NCBI GenBank assembly: GCA_039630085.1
Contig: JBCNVM010000018.1
Span: forward strand, 1-15,334
Length of the DNA stretch: 15,334 bases
Reading direction: 5' to 3'
DNA from: Candidatus Caldarchaeales archaeon
GTDB taxonomy: Archaea; Thermoproteota; Nitrososphaeria_A; Caldarchaeales; Calditenuaceae
Each line of letters opens with the position of its first letter. The stretch's first letter is position 1. The notes beneath the pieces were generated by a model. That model ran no database searches and was not told the DNA's origin. It worked only from the letters and a program-made list of their open reading frames with translations. This document shows positions 14,391 to 15,334 of the stretch, in pieces. The position numbers and the translations under genes were made by a program.

Positions 14391-15334
14391 ATGGCGGTCG
14401 CGAGCGAGGAGCTCAAGTTCGATGTGAACTTCTGGATCTCCAAAGTCCGGGAGCTCGGCTATCCGGTGAAGGAGGAGGAGCTGAGCGTTAAGGTCCTCAG
14501 GGAAAGGGGCGTCATTCCGCAGGGCGCCGACGTGAGGAGGGTGTTGAGGCTGTACGTCGACGACTACGTCGAGTGCGCGATAGTGGAGTTCGGCAACAAG
14601 ATGACTAGGAGCCTCTGCACGAGGATCGCGAGGAGCTGGAAGAAGCATAGGTTGGGCATCCGCCCCCTGCTCGCGTTCACCGACGGAACCGACAGCTACA
14701 TGGTGACAATTCCGGGACCCGGCTCTGAAGGGGAGGCGAGGGTCCTCTGGCTTCACGAGAGGCTCTACAGGACGGACAATGAGGTCATCAAGTCGCTTGA
14801 GTACAGAGGGGACCCTGAGAAGACGCGGGAGGCGTACGACAAGGAGTTCCTGCCCTACGAGCGGGTAAGGGAGGAGTTCTTCGAAGAATACCGCAAACTC
14901 TACGAGGAAATAGTAAATGTAACTAAGAGCGTATTACGCGAGGAAGCCTCCTCTTACGCCCAGAGGTTCTTGGGCAGGCTCATGTTCCTCTACTTCCTCC
15001 AGAGGAAGAGGTGGCTGAAGGGCGACAAACGTTTCATCGATAAGATCAGCGACTACTTCGAGCTGAACAGGGTCTTCTACAGGTCGTTAAGCGAGGGCCT
15101 TGACGGCCTCCCCTTCCTCAACGGCTCTGTCTTCGAGCGAGAGGAGTACCTCACGGAAGAGGTCGAGAAGAGGCTCGCGAAGGAGATGAATGCGGTCTTC
15201 CTCAGAGCTAGGAGGCTCTTCAATGAGTACAACTTCACGGTCGACGAGTCGTCGCCGCTCGAGGTCGAGGTCAGCATCGACCCGCTGCTTCTCGGTACCG
15301 TGCTCGAGAACATGCTCCCGGAACACGAGCGAGG
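14391..15334 (+). CDS. N-terminal part (314 codons, 3'-truncated by the window) of an Eco57I/type IIG- or BREX PglX-like N6-adenine DNA methyltransferase
   Basis: My own translation, as the ORF is not in the track. ATG 14391 is preceded by an in-frame TAA at 14373, and there is no stop to nt 15334. Segments AQRFLGRLMFLYFLQRKRWL, FY..L....LPFLNGSVFE and YNFTVDESSPLEVEVSIDPLLLGTVLENMLPE match the helical region that precedes the SAM-binding domain in this enzyme family. Confidence 0.7.
   Translation, partial: MAVASEELKFDVNFWISKVRELGYPVKEEELSVKVLRERGVIPQGADVRRVLRLYVDDYVECAIVEFGNKMTRSLCTRIARSWKKHRLGIRPLLAFTDGTDSYMVTIPGPGSEGEARVLWLHERLYRTDNEVIKSLEYRGDPEKTREAYDKEFLPYERVREEFFEEYRKLYEEIVNVTKSVLREEASSYAQRFLGRLMFLYFLQRKRWLKGDKRFIDKISDYFELNRVFYRSLSEGLDGLPFLNGSVFEREEYLTEEVEKRLAKEMNAVFLRARRLFNEYNFTVDESSPLEVEVSIDPLLLGTVLENMLPEHER

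Larger units (their letters stand above)
14245..15334. mobile_element. probable edge of an integrated element or defence island (att-like tRNA fragment, A/T-richer spacer, DNA methyltransferase gene); continues beyond the window
   Basis: Abrupt composition change right after the GNAT stop, a tRNA fragment at the junction, and restriction-modification-type cargo. No integrase is visible in the window. Confidence 0.35.

Noticed and set aside
14328-15326. Minus-strand ORFs 14328-14756, 15077-15313 and 15087-15326, and 13910-14347 / 13561-13995
   Set aside because: Antisense shadows of the methyltransferase ORF and of the GNAT and HtrA genes.
1-15334. Search for CRISPR arrays, rRNA genes, IS elements or transposases, and long direct or inverted repeats linking the two flanks
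   Set aside because: No regularly spaced repeats, no rRNA-like sequence and no transposase or integrase ORF were seen. No shared att-like repeat between the left and right flanks could be found by eye.

Overview
Archaeal chromosomal window. The evidence is an archaeal-type uL3-uL4-uL23-uL2 cluster, a strong AGG/AAG and G/C-ending codon bias, and A/T-rich TATA-like boxes ending about 23-27 nt before most first-gene start codons, which suggests largely leaderless mRNAs as in Thermoproteota-type hyperthermophiles. Nt ~780-14244 is a G+C-rich housekeeping block. It holds a small hypothetical protein, S-adenosylhomocysteine hydrolase, rpl3-rpl4-rpl23-rpl2 (minus strand), two membrane proteins, a HisA-like isomerase, a 5-formyl-THF cyclo-ligase family protein, AlaX, a CitE-like lyase, an HD phosphohydrolase, a class-III aminotransferase, a small orphan ORF, an HtrA/DegP protease and a GNAT acetyltransferase. 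Both edges differ from this block. Nt 1-780 is visibly lower in G+C: a sampled line at 361-420 has 29/60 G+C, against 41/60 for line 1261-1320. It contains one small ORF open to the window start, about 350 nt without ORFs, and a tRNA-Thr(CGU)-like gene of canonical length whose D-loop and T-arm are non-canonical. At the right edge, 3 nt after the GNAT stop, lies an isolated tRNA 3' fragment (T-arm + acceptor + CCA) that looks like an att remnant. It is followed by A/T-richer DNA and an ORF absent from the supplied track because it runs off the window (14391 to >15334). Its product carries the helical N-terminal signature of Eco57I/type IIG- or BREX PglX-like N6-adenine DNA methyltransferases. 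That edge is the best candidate for a defence or mobile island, but only its first ~1 kb is visible. No CRISPR array, rRNA or transposase is visible. Many long ORFs in the track are antisense or alternate-frame shadows typical of high-GC DNA.
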